From positions 10,168,001 through 10,232,000 of the forward strand of contig JBHGNT010000004.1 in NCBI GenBank assembly GCA_043228905.1: a stretch of 64,000 nucleotides of DNA, read 5' to 3'. Below, piece by piece: positions 12,708 to 26,115 of this stretch. The position numbers and the translations under genes are program-made. The notes under the pieces are model-generated. The model was given only the letters and a program-made list of their open reading frames with translations. It made no database searches and was not told where the DNA came from. Source of the stretch: Azolla caroliniana. Lineage: Eukaryota; Plantae; Polypodiophyta. Every line of letters begins with the position of its first letter. Position 1 is the first letter of the stretch.

Positions 12708-15700
12708 TTAATGTTCAAGTTCTTCCTCTTCAAGATAATATTTGCTGAAGTGTTTTACACGGAATTTCCATTCTCCCTTAATTGCATTGTAGGAGATAAA
12801 GTCTGCACCCTGCTCCTCTGTTTTCTTCTTCAGTCGTCTCTCAAACTTCTCGACCTCAACCCCCTCTGTTAAATATTGGCCCGACTTCTTGTCAACACAT
12901 TTCACATTCAACAATGTGATCTCCGCAGGTTTATTCAGACCTGAACCTGGTGGTGGTCTCTTGCTCTCATCCATGTATACTAACACTTCACATTTGTTAA
13001 ATTGTACTATGCTTTCAAGATCAAGACCCCGAACATCCACCTCGCACAAAAACTTCAGAAAACCATATCCATGTCGCCCAATCACAAATTCGTTTACTGA
13101 TCGGCAATATCCAGGCTCCGCTCGTTCTTTTGCAGCCAGTTCCTGTGTTTTGGGTTGGATGAAATAATCAGAATTTCGTAGCTTTGGCATTACAGCTTCT
13201 ATATCTGCACCATGCTCATATGCAACTGCAGCTTCCTCGGCTCTATGTCCAGCAACAGAAGCGTAACCATTTCCTCTAGGAATCCCTTTTAAATGTGTGC
13301 CATTTTGCTTTGGCAAACCCTTAGATATTGAAATTTCTTCTTCCACCTTGGTTCTACCAAATGTAGAATTCACATAACCATGGGAATGAGCTGGAAAAAC
13401 AATAAATGCATTCAATTATCTTTCGATGCATTCATTTCATTGATTCTATCTGAATGTAGTAGTGGAAGTAGAAAATATATCAAATGATCCTTACATTCAA
13501 CCAGTCCGTTTCCATTGATTCCATTTCCATCAAGCTTATCATCTGCTAACAGGCATGGTTCATGCTTATTTCAGGATTGCAGAAAAGTGTTAAACTATAG
13601 GGGGATTAAAAACATACCCTTCTCCATCCTAAAATCAGCATTCGTAGATTTTGAACTGTGTACTAGATTCTGTGGTTGCCCAGGTTGACGAATTACTAAA
13701 GCTCTTGGATTCTCTCGAGGAACAAATAGTGCATCTCCTTTTGAAACGGTGACTGTGTCTTCACCATCACTAAAGAAGGAAGTCTAACCAGGAAAAATTA
13801 TCAAAGCATTAAGATCTCAATTGATATGAATAGACTAATCTATGGCACCAAATAATAGAATAAAGTGAAGTTCTCTTGACTTTAAAGTGTTACCTTTGGA
13901 GTATCTTTTCTTGAGTTATATCCCCGTGCTTGCATACGGATTCTAGATCTCTGAGTGATATGCCGTGGTGTAAGAACAGATGTCATACGCATTGGAGTGG
14001 GTTTCTCTGTTGCCTTAAGGAACCATATTGCATAAGAAACCATATATTGGAAGGATTCAATGCAGCAAAAGTACATAAAAAATGTCAAGAAGGGAAGCAG
14101 CAGGAAATCTTACTGGCATACTAGATATTCCATATTGAATTGAGGATCCTGGTGATGCACTAGGGCCGATAGACATCTGAGGCATAGGAGGTAGATTTCC
14201 AAAGGGATTGGTTATTGATACTGGTGTAGTTGTCCTGAAAGTATATATATCATAATTTACACAATCCAGCACCAACTTCATACCAAAGTAAACCAGCTAT
14301 TTGATATACTTACTGTGGTGTGAATGTGCTGAGACCTGATCCAGATATTGCAGGTGCACCAAATGAGTTCATTCCTATAAGAACACAGACAAGACAAGAA
14401 TGAGTGAGAAGAGATCCATATTGAAATCAATAAACAAAAATTTGATCAGCAGTATCACCTGGCTGTGATTGCCCTAGGTTCGAGAAACCAAAACCTCCAA
14501 TGGGCGCAGATGATGGAGCACCAAATACAGATGACTGCACATAAAACATCCTTGAGGATATAATCCAGGCGGCTAATATTCACATCTCAGAAATTTAAGA
14601 TAGACTTACTCCTGGTGTTGAGAAACCTGCTGGTTTATTGGTCTGAAACAGTGAAGCAGAAGTTCCAAATAGGTTTGAGCCAAGGTTTGGAGTGTTAAAA
14701 GCAGGAGTTGTTACAGTTGCTGGCTGGCTTGGAGTTGAGAACAAGGAGCTGGATGGTGCACTTTGTGAAAAAGGATTGGAACCAAATGTGCTTGTGCCTG
14801 CACTGAATAGACTAGATGAAGCTGAACTAAATGCAGGAGTAGAGGAAGCACCGAACATAGATGGGGAGCTGCCAAACCCTGAAGCAAAACTGCTAGGAGT
14901 ACTTCCAGACCCAAAAGTTGTACTTAAGTTTACGCCAAATGAGGGTGTACTTGCTTGACCAAATGCCGGAGTGCTTGCTTGACCAAATGCTGGTGTGCTT
15001 GCTTGACCAAATGCCGGAGTGCTTGCTTGACCAAATACTGGAGTGCTTGCTGACTGACCAAATGCTGGGGTAGATGGTGCAGCTCCAAATGGGGATGGTG
15101 TCATTCCAGAAGCAGTACCAGGTGCACCAAAAGTTGTAGTTGGTTTGCCTCCAAAAAGACTAGAGGTGTTGCTACTGAATGGGTTTGGAGATGAAGCTGG
15201 CGTTTGACTAAAAGCTGGAGAAGAAGTTGCTCCAAATGGGGTGGAAGTTGTTGGGGTCTGACCAAAAATACCAGATGCTGGTTGCTGTGCTTGTGGATTA
15301 GGACCACCTGTATAACAATATGTGTAGAACTATCAAACGCAATCCTGGCACTGGTGTAATACCATCCATAAATTTTACTAAATTAACTGGGAATTTAAAC
15401 AAATCCTAATTTAAATTTTCAACTGAAAATAATTTCTGTTATGATGGATACAATTAATTTAATTCACTAATAGTCTAGACTCTAAAATGAAACAACGAAC
15501 ACAAGGTCTTGAATATCGCTATGAGCCCATACTCCAAGTAACAAGATACAATATATGATTCAGAAAACTAGTTACCCTGGAATACCCAAGAATGTCTCTA
15601 TGAGCCCATACCAAATTTCATCTCTTCCGTCTCTGTAGTGGAGTAAGAATTTCGGTTTCTGAAAACTAAAAACTCAAGCACAATGATAGCCTACATCTGC

Positions 15701-18700
15701 CTATAATATCTACATTAGTGTGGTCCTAGCAGAGGGCCTGCAGGTTTTAAGTCATCTGGCTTTTTATGCCACACAGTTAAGCTGAGTTGCAGGAGATCTA
15801 ATCAAGATTGTTTGATCTGTCCAACCTAGTATTGAAATCTCACATTCAAAAAATGAAAGTGAGTTTATGTGGTGTTACCAGTTCATCATACAAGATCCAT
15901 CTAGCAAGCATATGCATATGTCCATGCACATATCATGCAAGATGCGTCTTGACATGCATGGATGCATCATGTACATGTCTTTACTGTAATACTGTATGTT
16001 ATGTACATTTACTATGTGATAAACTTGTTTGGGGTGCCCAACTACCATGAAATAGGAAACTTTACCAGGGCTAAAAATTGAGGAATGATAGATATCCCTC
16101 CAGTGTATTTTAAGAAAATGCAAATAGATATCCCTCCAGTGTACTTTAAACGTTTCCATTTTGTCTTTGAAGAATACTAATATAATCCATTATTTTTTTA
16201 CATCAACACATCAAACCGACCTTTATCACCAGCTTGGTAATCCTCAAATCGCAATTCTTCAAAAGTCTTAGATTTGAAAGCAGGCATAGCTGAAATTGAC
16301 ATAAGTTTCCCGGCTTGACCACTAACTCCAGCTTCTGCATCAGTAGTTGGAGCATAAGCTGCAGCTCTGCTGCCATTCTTCTGACCCCCAAAAGTTGTGG
16401 CTCCAAAACTAGGTGAGGAACCTGCCAATAAGCACATTCGGACATAAGAATGCAAACTAAATAGTATGGGAAATATGTTCTTAAATAGGAAAAGGGCATA
16501 AGCAAACCAAATCCAGGAGAACTTTGAGCACCGAAAGTTGTAGCTCCACTGCTGCCAAACACAGAAGTGCTGCCAAATGCTGGTGTTGAACTGCTTCCAA
16601 AGGCTGAGGTTGACTGTCCAAACGCATTGGTGGTACTACTGCTTCCGAAAATTGAACTGGAAGTAGCACCAAAAGCAGGGGTAGAAGAGGCCCCAAATGC
16701 TGGAGTGGAAGTAGCCCCAAAGGCAGGAGTAGGGGTAGTACCAAAAGATGGGGTAGAGGAGGCACCAAATGATGTTGAGCCAAATGCAGGTGTACTAGAG
16801 CCAAATGCAGGAGCATTTGATCCAAATGTTGAAGATCCAAAAGCAGGTTGAGACTGTCCAAAGGATGTGCTTCCGAAAGGATTTGCCTGACCAGCATTAG
16901 GCTGTGCAGGCGTTGAACCGAAGCTGCCAAAATTTGTTGTAGGCTTTTGACCAAAAGTAGATGTTCCTGAATTTAAACACAATCACATCAACCTATCAGT
17001 TCCCATAATTATTCTTATAAAAAGTTTGTGAGTGAGATAGCCAATTGTGCAACTGTTCAAATCAAGATATTCACAATTCAGTTCTTCAGGGATACCACAC
17101 CCACAGCTGATTTTATCATATTCAATAACAGATTGTGTCCTAAAAACATGGATAAAAAAGGATATTCACCTCCTCCAAAATGCAACTATTCTGGATAATT
17201 ACATACCTTTCAATAGGCAAATCCAATCAATAAGAATGCAAATCCAAACAATGATATGGATATACTTCTAGAAGTTGCTGTCCCTGTGACGGGTCAACTT
17301 CTAAATCCAATAAGGTTTTTCCTTGTTAAAGTTGAATTTTGTTCAGACCAATGGATTCGCTTCTCTCTGCACATTATTCCCTTAGATCAAACATCCGTAC
17401 CTCCTCACAAGAAACTGCTGGTATCAGACAAATAAAACGAGATTTGGCTACATATTATTGGCCTCACCCTGTTCAGAGTCAGCTAGCTGGCTGATCAACC
17501 AATGAAGGCCATTACAACCCCTATCTACAAACCCATGTCTGGTAGCAGCATATACTTCTTGCTCCTCTATTAATGGCTGAGCGAAGATGATATCAGAAGA
17601 TTGCAGGGAGATGGTAATTGGAAAAAAGATACAGCAACATCAGCTGAACTCAGAAGGCTTTCAGCAGGAGTCACCATGACATAGAATTTATTGATTGGCT
17701 CAAGAGGATATCCGGTATTTTAACATGAAGTGTATCTCTTCTCTTTGTGTGGATATGGATAGTGTTAGAGGCTATTACTCTAGGTTCATCCAGTGCAACA
17801 TCACAATAATATATACCAAGGAAGGAAAGGAATATAATCAGAATTTTAAGATACTTTTGTCAACACAAACGTCTTAATGTGATAGAAGCGCATGGCCATA
17901 GTTCACCTCCAGGAATCCAGGAGGGCACGATAAAAAATGGTACGAGTTCTTGGCTACGAATGAACAATAAGGTTAAAGTGACATTGTTGGTGTCCACAAA
18001 GAAGATGATAAGGGATGCTTATCCCTTCATAGGATTGGCACAGCACAAGAGAAAACATTTGAGTTGTGTGAATATGTGTCGTGTACACAAATAGACGAGC
18101 AAAACCAAAGACATAAGATATTTGATTGAGGTCCTTTTTGGGGTTAAAGCTCTTTATGGGCTTAAGATACAGATTTATGTATGCTTTAATAGAAGCCTTT
18201 GTAGAAATCCTTTGATGTGCAAGCCCTTTAGGAGCAATGTACGTCAGTCATATATTAGACAAAACATTTGTAACATTGATGATGGTCAATTTAAACTCAT
18301 TTTTCTTCTTGAAAGGCATCATAAAGATTGTATATGGATAATTGTGTTACTGTGATCTTCATCACCTTTCACTCCCTTCTTTTCTTGAAGGTATACTGGT
18401 CTAAGCTCAAATAAAACATTGCTCTTCTAAACTTAACATTGGCAATCAATATTTGTAAGATGTTAACGCGACAAATATTCCTCATTTTATTTTTGGGAGT
18501 ATAAAACCATACAACTTCTTGCTAGATTAATGTTAGGTGTTTAGCATCTTACCAATTGTACAAATGTGAGGGTATTAGTCATGTTTAGGGCTGCGGGTTC
18601 AGGGTTTAGGCATCGTACCAATTGCATAAATGTGAGGGTTTAGTCAGTTTTGTAGCAGTGTCTCTCTACAGATGAAGTGTGCACATAAATACATCTCCAC

Positions 18701-19544
18701 ATACTTTCTTAAATCTAATATTACAAAGTAAAAGGCATGCATAAATATTTCTTGCTGGTTATGCATAAACCGACATACAAAAATGTGATCATTCCAGCCA
18801 AACACTACATATTCTGTTGGATTACATTACACTTATTGCACACATAAAAAAAAGAATAGCATTCCCTACTCAATCCTATGAACGTTGTAAGAGTAAGTGC
18901 ATGGCCACCAACAAATGAAAAGTTTACTAATATAAGAATAAAGAAAATAAACAATTCATGGAAAAAAGGAAAGAAAACAGCTTTCTACACCCTGAAGAAA
19001 AACTAGAAATGTGCCCAGACACAAGCGATGCATCATCAATTATGTATTTTATTTGTTTACAAAAACATGAATTATAGAGAACTCACCTGACCCAAAGGGA
19101 GATGGTGTACTACCAAATGCTGGTGTGGAAGATGTACCAAATGCCGGTGTAGATGCTCCAAATGCTCCAGTTGCTGTTCCCCCAAATATTGAACTTCCAG
19201 TTTGCGAAGCCCCAAATGATGGACTTCCAAAAGTTTTTGCTCCGAACATTGATGATGTGTTCTGATTGGTACCAAAGGGGCTTGATGGAGTTGTTGAACC
19301 AAATGGATTCGATGTCGACGATGATCCTCCACCAAATGGACTTGAATTGGATGCGCCAAAAGCTAAAGTGAATATATAACAAAATAAAAAGCCAAGCAAA
19401 ACCCTAAAATCAATAACATAACAAAACTAAATGCCAAGTGAAATGCTGATTCAATAACATAACAAGAAAAGAATGTGAATAGATTTGTTGAAGTAAAGAA
19501 ATATATTGATAATTCTTACGGCTACTGGACCCGAATAAAGACAT
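12708..19544 (-). CDS. NUP98: Nuclear pore complex protein Nup98 (about 978 aa, 12 coding exons)
   Basis: Coding exons with GT-AG junctions: 19544-19520, 19362-19087, 16966-16508, 16421-16221, 15307-14610, 14534-14459, 14374-14314, 14234-14114, 14013-13894, 13783-13618, 13545-13495, 13390-12708; total 2937 nt in frame. FG repeats, GLEBS motif [20 protein letters not shown], and peptidase S59 domain ending WKFRVKHFS. Probable 5' UTR intron at about 20110-19571. Confidence 0.95.
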
Positions 19545-20344
19545 TGTGTATCGTGTAATCCTTGTTTTTCCTGCCAAAACAGAGTAAATGTGGTATGATC
19601 AATATGTTACTAATTTAGTGGGTTTCAAACATCAGGTAACATGAACCCTTCCAAATGTAGTTGCTCTTAGAAAGAGTACAGAAAATATGTAGATTAAGCT
19701 AACCAGATGTCAGACGGATATGTAGAGCATAAACTTCTCTCATGACAGATTCATAATAAGACACAATAAACACTACAGAAAAAGAAAACTCTCTCCAATA
19801 GAGATTCTCTTATAAAAAGATTTCGCAATGTGGTACTCATAAACAGAATCTACAGAAAAACAAAAGCTTTGAAACGGAAAGTGGTACGATAAAGTGTGTT
19901 ACTATGCCAGAGGATGTCAACAGGAGGAGCTTACACAGAGACGGATTCTCTTAGAAACAGCGCAAAAGGAAACAAGGTTGAAAAAGTTACGCAGACACGA
20001 AAGTTTTTTTTGTCATACCACATTCACAGCAAAGGAAGGAACAAGAGGGGAAAAGAAACAGGAGACAGAAGAAGAGACACCAAAAAGGCAGCGAAAGTTG
20101 CGAGGAGTACCTGGGGAAGAAAGAAAGAGAGAACTTCTTCGGTCTGTGTATTTGAGGCGATCTAAGACGACAAAGAGACCATGGAGGGAGGGGTCTGCAG
20201 ACAGGAAGGAAGGGATGGATGGATGGATGGATGGATGGATGGCTTTACAAGAGAAGCTTTACAAGAAGAAAGAGTGATGGAACAGGGGAAGTGTGCTTCT
20301 GCATTCTTCAGTCCACACACACATGTAGGTTATGCAAGGTTTGC

Positions 20345-20406
20345 TCTTTATATGTACGTATGTATGTATGTATGTATGTATGTATGTATGTATGTATGTA
20401 TGTATG
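20345..20406. repeat. (TATG)n microsatellite, the hAT insertion site; continues as (TAGGTATG)n at 23500-23630
   Basis: Read directly from the sequence. Confidence 0.95.
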
Positions 20407-23400
20407 CATAGATTGAAGCATGCGTGATATGCGTGGTATTCGACATCCGCAATATTCGTAGTATTCGAGAATATAAAATTGCTCCAAGAATATTATAAAA
20501 CCATTCGTTTATGGAAAATAAATTTATATAATAAAAATTATTCAATTCACTCAAAAAAAAAAGGAAAAATCACCAATTTATAGAAAAATGGAAGGTCTTC
20601 AAAATCACACTAACATAAGAAAGAAAAGTTTTAATTAAAGCGATTATGAGCCGTTATATTGTAATTTCTAAATTCTAGGTTCTAACTTCTAACTTCTAAG
20701 TAATGCTTCGAAATGCTTAAGACTCTATGCACTATCACATTCATCATCCGTATCTTCAAGCTCATCCATAATGTCCTTATGAGCTTCATTTTCATCAATA
20801 GCTTGATTTTGCATTCTCAAAAGTCTCTCATCATCTTCTTCTTTGTTGATCATATCTAATGTTGCTTCAATTATGCATAATCCCCTTTCCTTTATTCTTC
20901 TTATGAGACAATGATTTGCATGTATGTAAACCAATTTCTCAACATGAGCATGAGTCAATCTATTTCTTTTTTTTGTATGTATCGATGAGAATGTACTCCA
21001 ATTTCTTTCACAAGAAGATGCACATGAACCTTGAGAAAGCACACGAATTGCAAGCCTTTTTAAGTTTGGAGTGCTTGCTCCAAATGTTTCCCACCACTTA
21101 ATTGCATCATGCATTCTAGTTGGATCATTTGCCATAGGAACTTGAAATGAACTCTTTTGTTGAGTTTTATAAGCATAGAATTCATCTAATAAAACACCAC
21201 ATAAAGGTATATCACCATTAGTATACCGCATAATAGTTTCCATCCAACTTGTATTCAGCTTCTCATCAATATCTTGAATTTTTTCTCTCCAAATTGGATG
21301 TAAAATAAAACCAATTGCATGCAATGGTGAATGTAGCATTGTCCATCTTTGCATACATATTTCCCGAATTTCATCAAGCAATAAACGATCTACATCTTCA
21401 ATGTGGTTTATTTCTTCTATCATACAATGAGTACATTCATAAATTAAACCCATGGTTGCACCTTCTCTATCCGCCAATCTAAGAACTTTTAGGATAGGCT
21501 TGCATATCTTTACGATCTTCTTTATATTTGCCCAAAAAGAAACATCAAGTATAATTGAAACTATTTCTTCTCCTAGTTGTGTTTTTGATCCTTTCCATTG
21601 ACACCATTGTTCACTAACCACCATTCTTCGTAATCCACCTTTGACTCTGTCATCCAATAAGTTTGACAACATGATAAAACTATAGGCAAATCTAGTAGTG
21701 GAAGGCTTTAACAATTCTTTCTCACTAAACTTACGAAACATTGCCAAAGAATATTGTTTTCGTGTAATAAACACGATTACCTTTGTAGCTAATTTCAAAA
21801 CATCATGAACCCAAGCACATTTTCCAATATCTTCAAACAACAAATCGATGCAATGACATGTGCATCTGGTAAAAAAGATCATGGGCCACTCTTTCTCTAT
21901 CATCCTCCCAGCTACTACACAATTAGTTGCATTGTCCATACAAACTTGCACAACATTTGATGGGCCAATATCAAGAATAACATCCTTTAAAATCTTAAAG
22001 ATATACTCTCCTGATTTATATTCTCCACTAGTGTCAACTGATTTCAGAAACACAGTGCCATACGCAGAAGTAGCCATCGCATTAATTATTGGTCTATTCT
22101 TGGTATCTGACCAACCATCGCTCACAACAGTGCATCCAATAGTTTTCCATTTTTCTCTAATTTGCATAATCTCATTTTCAACATATTTCACCTCTTCATT
22201 CAAGTGCTTTTTGCGCAATTGATAAGGAGATGGTGGCTCATAAGACGGCCCAGCAAGTGCCGCAGCTTTTATTAATTCACGAAAATATGTACTTCCCACT
22301 TTTACATCCGGTATATCCTCTACAAAAAAAAACCTCCTGATAGCTTCATCAACATTTTTATCAAGTTGCTTTTGCCATAACATCTTCAAAGGTACATTGT
22401 CTACTTTCATCTTTTTACTTGATGCATTACCAAACGATGATGAAGGCATTTCATTGATAGACGTTGATTCCACATTCGCATCAACATTTGTGCTACAATT
22501 TTCAGCATTACATTCCATCGATGACTCATCATTCATGTCAACATTTGCACAACCAGATACCATTTTTTGTACTTCGGCTTTTATAATAGCATCAATTTGA
22601 CGGCATTTGTCAACACCTAAACCTTTCAAGCCCAACAAGTGAGCTCTTATTCGAAAGGGGCCACCAACAAATACATGGTGACAATGATTGCATTGAACAA
22701 CAGGCATACCCTTATCATGTTTTCTCAAAATGGCCACATGATTCCATTCGAAGCTCTTTTGTTTCACCATTGTGTAAATTAACCTTCAGCCTTTGTTGTT
22801 CCCTGGACCCTAACCTATGAGAATAACTAAAAGAATTAGGCGACAGTGAACTATTCCATAATGCAATGTTCTTTCATTGCACTCTGATTTGGTTTTTTCT
22901 GCACTTTGGAACATGCACAAGCAAAGGAGACTCTTCATTCCTTTGGTTGCATTGTTTATTAGAGCAACTTCTTCATAGTACATATGCACATGGATTTTTT
23001 CATTTCTATATTTTGTTGCATAATGCAGAATAAACAAAATCTGACTACAAGGAACGAATTATGATTTATGAAATGAAATTCTAGAACAAATTCGAGAACA
23101 AAAAATTCGATGAAAACCAAATTCGAGAACAAAAAATTCTCTCTCTTCTCTCTCGTGAGAGAACAAAACTACACAAAAGAGCATATATTTCTTGCAGGAA
23201 AATCAGAGGAGAAGCAAGAGCATACCTGAATCTGTTGTTTCTGTAGACTGCGAAGAAGAAGAGATTGCGCGCAGGAAGATGCAGAGGAGGATTGGAGCTT
23301 CAATGGGAGCAGGCGAGAGAGAAAGGCAAGAAAACAGAAAGTCTCTGTTCGCTACTCGTCGACTGAATTTTTCCCAAAAAAAAAATTAGGGGAAAAAAAG

Positions 23401-23499
23401 GGGGAAAAAAAAGTTAACGAATATTAGAAGAAATATTCGTATACGCATTCGTTGGGATTCGTGGGGGAGGCCCCACGAATGCGAATATTTCAATCTATG
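20407..23499 (-). mobile_element. Full-length hAT DNA transposon
   Basis: TIRs CATAGATTGAA (20407) and TTCAATCTATG (ending 23499); 8-bp TSD TATGTATG; subterminal ATTCG motifs; intact transposase ORF. Confidence 0.93.
20725..22770 (-). CDS. hAT transposase (BED zinc finger, DUF659-like core, hAT dimerization domain), 681 aa
   Basis: CNHC..H..C BED finger; catalytic D/D/E candidates in SDGWSD, MDNA and CERNWS; CTCH (CxxH) motif; WWETFG..LAIRVLSQ dimerization motif; uninterrupted ORF. Confidence 0.93.
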   Translation of the reverse strand: MVKQKSFEWNHVAILRKHDKGMPVVQCNHCHHVFVGGPFRIRAHLLGLKGLGVDKCRQIDAIIKAEVQKMVSGCANVDMNDESSMECNAENCSTNVDANVESTSINEMPSSSFGNASSKKMKVDNVPLKMLWQKQLDKNVDEAIRRFFFVEDIPDVKVGSTYFRELIKAAALAGPSYEPPSPYQLRKKHLNEEVKYVENEIMQIREKWKTIGCTVVSDGWSDTKNRPIINAMATSAYGTVFLKSVDTSGEYKSGEYIFKILKDVILDIGPSNVVQVCMDNATNCVVAGRMIEKEWPMIFFTRCTCHCIDLLFEDIGKCAWVHDVLKLATKVIVFITRKQYSLAMFRKFSEKELLKPSTTRFAYSFIMLSNLLDDRVKGGLRRMVVSEQWCQWKGSKTQLGEEIVSIILDVSFWANIKKIVKICKPILKVLRLADREGATMGLIYECTHCMIEEINHIEDVDRLLLDEIREICMQRWTMLHSPLHAIGFILHPIWREKIQDIDEKLNTSWMETIMRYTNGDIPLCGVLLDEFYAYKTQQKSSFQVPMANDPTRMHDAIKWWETFGASTPNLKRLAIRVLSQGSCASSCERNWSTFSSIHTKKRNRLTHAHVEKLVYIHANHCLIRRIKERGLCIIEATLDMINKEEDDERLLRMQNQAIDENEAHKDIMDELEDTDDECDSA

Positions 23500-24039
23500 T
23501 ATGTATGTAGGTATGTAGGTATGTAGGTATGTAGGTATGTAGGTATGTAGGTATGTAGGTAGGTATGTAGGTATGTAGGTATGTATGTAGGTATGTATGT
23601 AGGTATGTATGTATGTAGGTAGGTATGTATGGGTGTGTATTTTCTATAGGAAGGTTTATTAGAGATGGAGACCACACATCCTTACATCTCCAAACTTTGT
23701 CATTATGCCACACATCTGCCATCTCTCGTCGACTTCCGTTGAGCCATCCATCGCTCTCCTCTGTCCCCCCCGTAGGCCCTTCAGAAACATGGACCCCTGG
23801 GCGTATGTGTTTTAGGTTGCGCTCTCACAATCTGCTTTTTCCCACACAGTGCCCATCTTTAACGCCGAAAGGGTGGTGCGCTTTTTGTTTCTGCAATCAA
23901 TTGTCAGAATGTTTGGTAAGTCTTTCTGTCTCCACAATTAGGTCCTTCGAGTTTCCCATCATTAAAGTCGTAGGTTTTGCGTTCAAGATTACGTTTGGAC
24001 AATCAATCATTAATATGTTAGTCGTGATTATGTATGGCC

Positions 24040-24530
24040 ATTAGTGCCTAAGGAGTGCCCATCAATAAAGCCAAGAGTATGTGTTTTTTTATGTGGCATT
24101 GTTGACATCATTTTAGGTCCTGGAAAATGCCCATTATAAAGCAAAGGATGTGTGTTTTAGGTGACATTTTGAAAATCAAATATCAATATTCCGGTCGTAT
24201 AATATGGCCATTTAGGTCCTTGGAATTGTCCACCATAAGAAAGGGTGTATGTTTTTAGATAGCATGAATATCAAAATATCAATATTTTGGGTGTACTATA
24301 TGGTGAAGTAGGTGTTTGAAATTGACCATTGTAAGCAAAGGGTATGTGTTTCAGGTGACATTTTGATGTTCATTGTGAAGATAATGGTTGTAAAGTATGG
24401 CCATTAAATCATATACCACTAGGTAGTTCAAATTCCCCAACACAAGACATGGATGTGTGCTTTAATGAACATGTTGAAAATCAAATATCAACATTGTGGC
24501 CAAGCTATATGGCTAAGTAGGTTCTTGGAA
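24040..24530. repeat. Degenerate ~120-bp tandem repeats
   Basis: Recurring GTGTTTTAGGTGACATTTT / ATCAAATATCAATATT / TATGGCCATT blocks. Confidence 0.55.
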
Positions 24531-25328
24531 GCATAGTTATGGTTGTTCTTTGAAAATTGTAATAAAGAGGCATATGTAAATTGTTACCCCACCCAATCCT
24601 CAATAACAACAATAAATGAAGTTTTAATACCATTATGGTAAAGTGTAGGTACAACCAATGTATTACTTGACATTTGGTTGGTATATAATGACGTCAAGAA
24701 GTGTGTTTAATAGAGTTTTTTGTAAACTCTCGAGGTGTTGACATGATTACGTGCATGTGTGTACTACTTGAGTGGGATTGTGGGGGACCTTAACTAAGGA
24801 AACCATGATGTTGTGCTCCCTTTCAACAAGCACTTCTCTTTGTTGTCAATTGTCGTTGTTAGTTCTTGTTTCTCGTGGCTCACCACCTTCCATTGTCCAC
24901 CACTAACGTCGTCGATGTTTGCTACTATCTCGACACAACTAACTACTACCATGGTTGCCTCCATCAACAATATTGTTGATTTTCAAGCATCGCCCTCTAC
25001 CCATTGACTTTGTGGATGATGTCAACTGATGCCTCCATAGTCTTGCATTCCCATCCTCTCCGGTGTAGGTTCCTAGTGGTCCCACTCCCCTTCATTGCGC
25101 CATAATGAGAAAGTGACCAAGAAGTTGGAAGAAATAGCTTGACCTACGTGGATGAATGTCAAAGAATTCACCAATAAAAGGAAAGGAAGAATTGTACCTA
25201 CTTACAAGCTAAGATCAAACATCAAGCAAAGGATAAATTTGAAGAAATTTCTTGAACAAAGGATGTTCAATAATCATGACAGGGATGGGAGGTTGTTGTA
25301 GCCAAATGGCTAGTGGGGTTGATCAACT

Positions 25329-25688
25329 AACCTTAAGTGGTGACTTAGGATGATCTACTAGGGCTACATGTCCAAATCTCTCATTGGGTTCTCTCCCAGA
25401 ATTGTGTACATCAATCGGCTAACCCTAAGTGGTGACTTAGGATGATCTACTAGGGCTACATGTCCAAATCTCTCATTGGGTTCTCTCCAAGAATTGTATG
25501 GGTCGATCGGTTAACCCTAAGTGGTGACTTAGGATGATCTACTAGGGCTACATATCCAAATCTCTCATTGGGTTCTCTCCAAGAATTGTGTGGGTCGATC
25601 GGTTAACCCTAAGTGGTGACTTAGGATGATCTACCAGGGTTGCATGTCCAAATCTCCCATTGGGTTCTCTCCAAGAATTGTGTGGGTG
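25329..25688. repeat. Four copies of a 92-bp tandem repeat, each with a hairpin
   Basis: Units start at 25329, 25421, 25513 and 25605; each contains CCTAAGT-GGTG-ACTTAGG (one mismatch in the first unit). Confidence 0.92.
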
Positions 25689-26044
25689 GTGTCAGGAACT
25701 CTCAGCACTGGTTGCAGTATTGCAACATGCATTGGTATAGGAGAGGGCATTCATGCCATGTGTGATGGCCTTAACATGTGAGGCATGTAATAATTTCACG
25801 TACCACATAGTCTTCAGGAATTCTACTCTTGTAGGGATGCTATGTGATGGTTTTTGGGTTGTTAGGGCTTCCTTTGGATAGGTAGTTGATAATGTAAGTG
25901 TTTGGATGCATGTCATGGGATCCTCAAATTTCAAAACCACTAAACATGCTTCAATAGAGGACAAACACATATGAGCTATCAAGAAGTTCTATAGTATGGG
26001 GTTGTCTAGCCTGTTGATGAACATATTCAAATGTAAAGGAAAAA

Positions 26045-26115
26045 ACAACAATGGCCTAATGGGTAAGGTTACCAATTGTGTGTGAGGAGGTGTAAGATTC
26101 CAATTCTAGCACATG
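26045..26115 (+). other. tRNA-derived (SINE-head-like) remnant
   Basis: A-box TGGCCTAATGG at 26052 and a degenerate B-box GATTCCAATTC about 45 nt downstream. Confidence 0.35.

Noticed and set aside
14692-16851. Plus-strand ORFs with PNAGV repeats
   Set aside because: They are antisense shadows of the NUP98 FG-repeat exons.
25329-25688. CRISPR-like array of palindromic repeats
   Set aside because: The intervening sequences are also near-identical, so there are no unique spacers; the context is eukaryotic with no cas genes.
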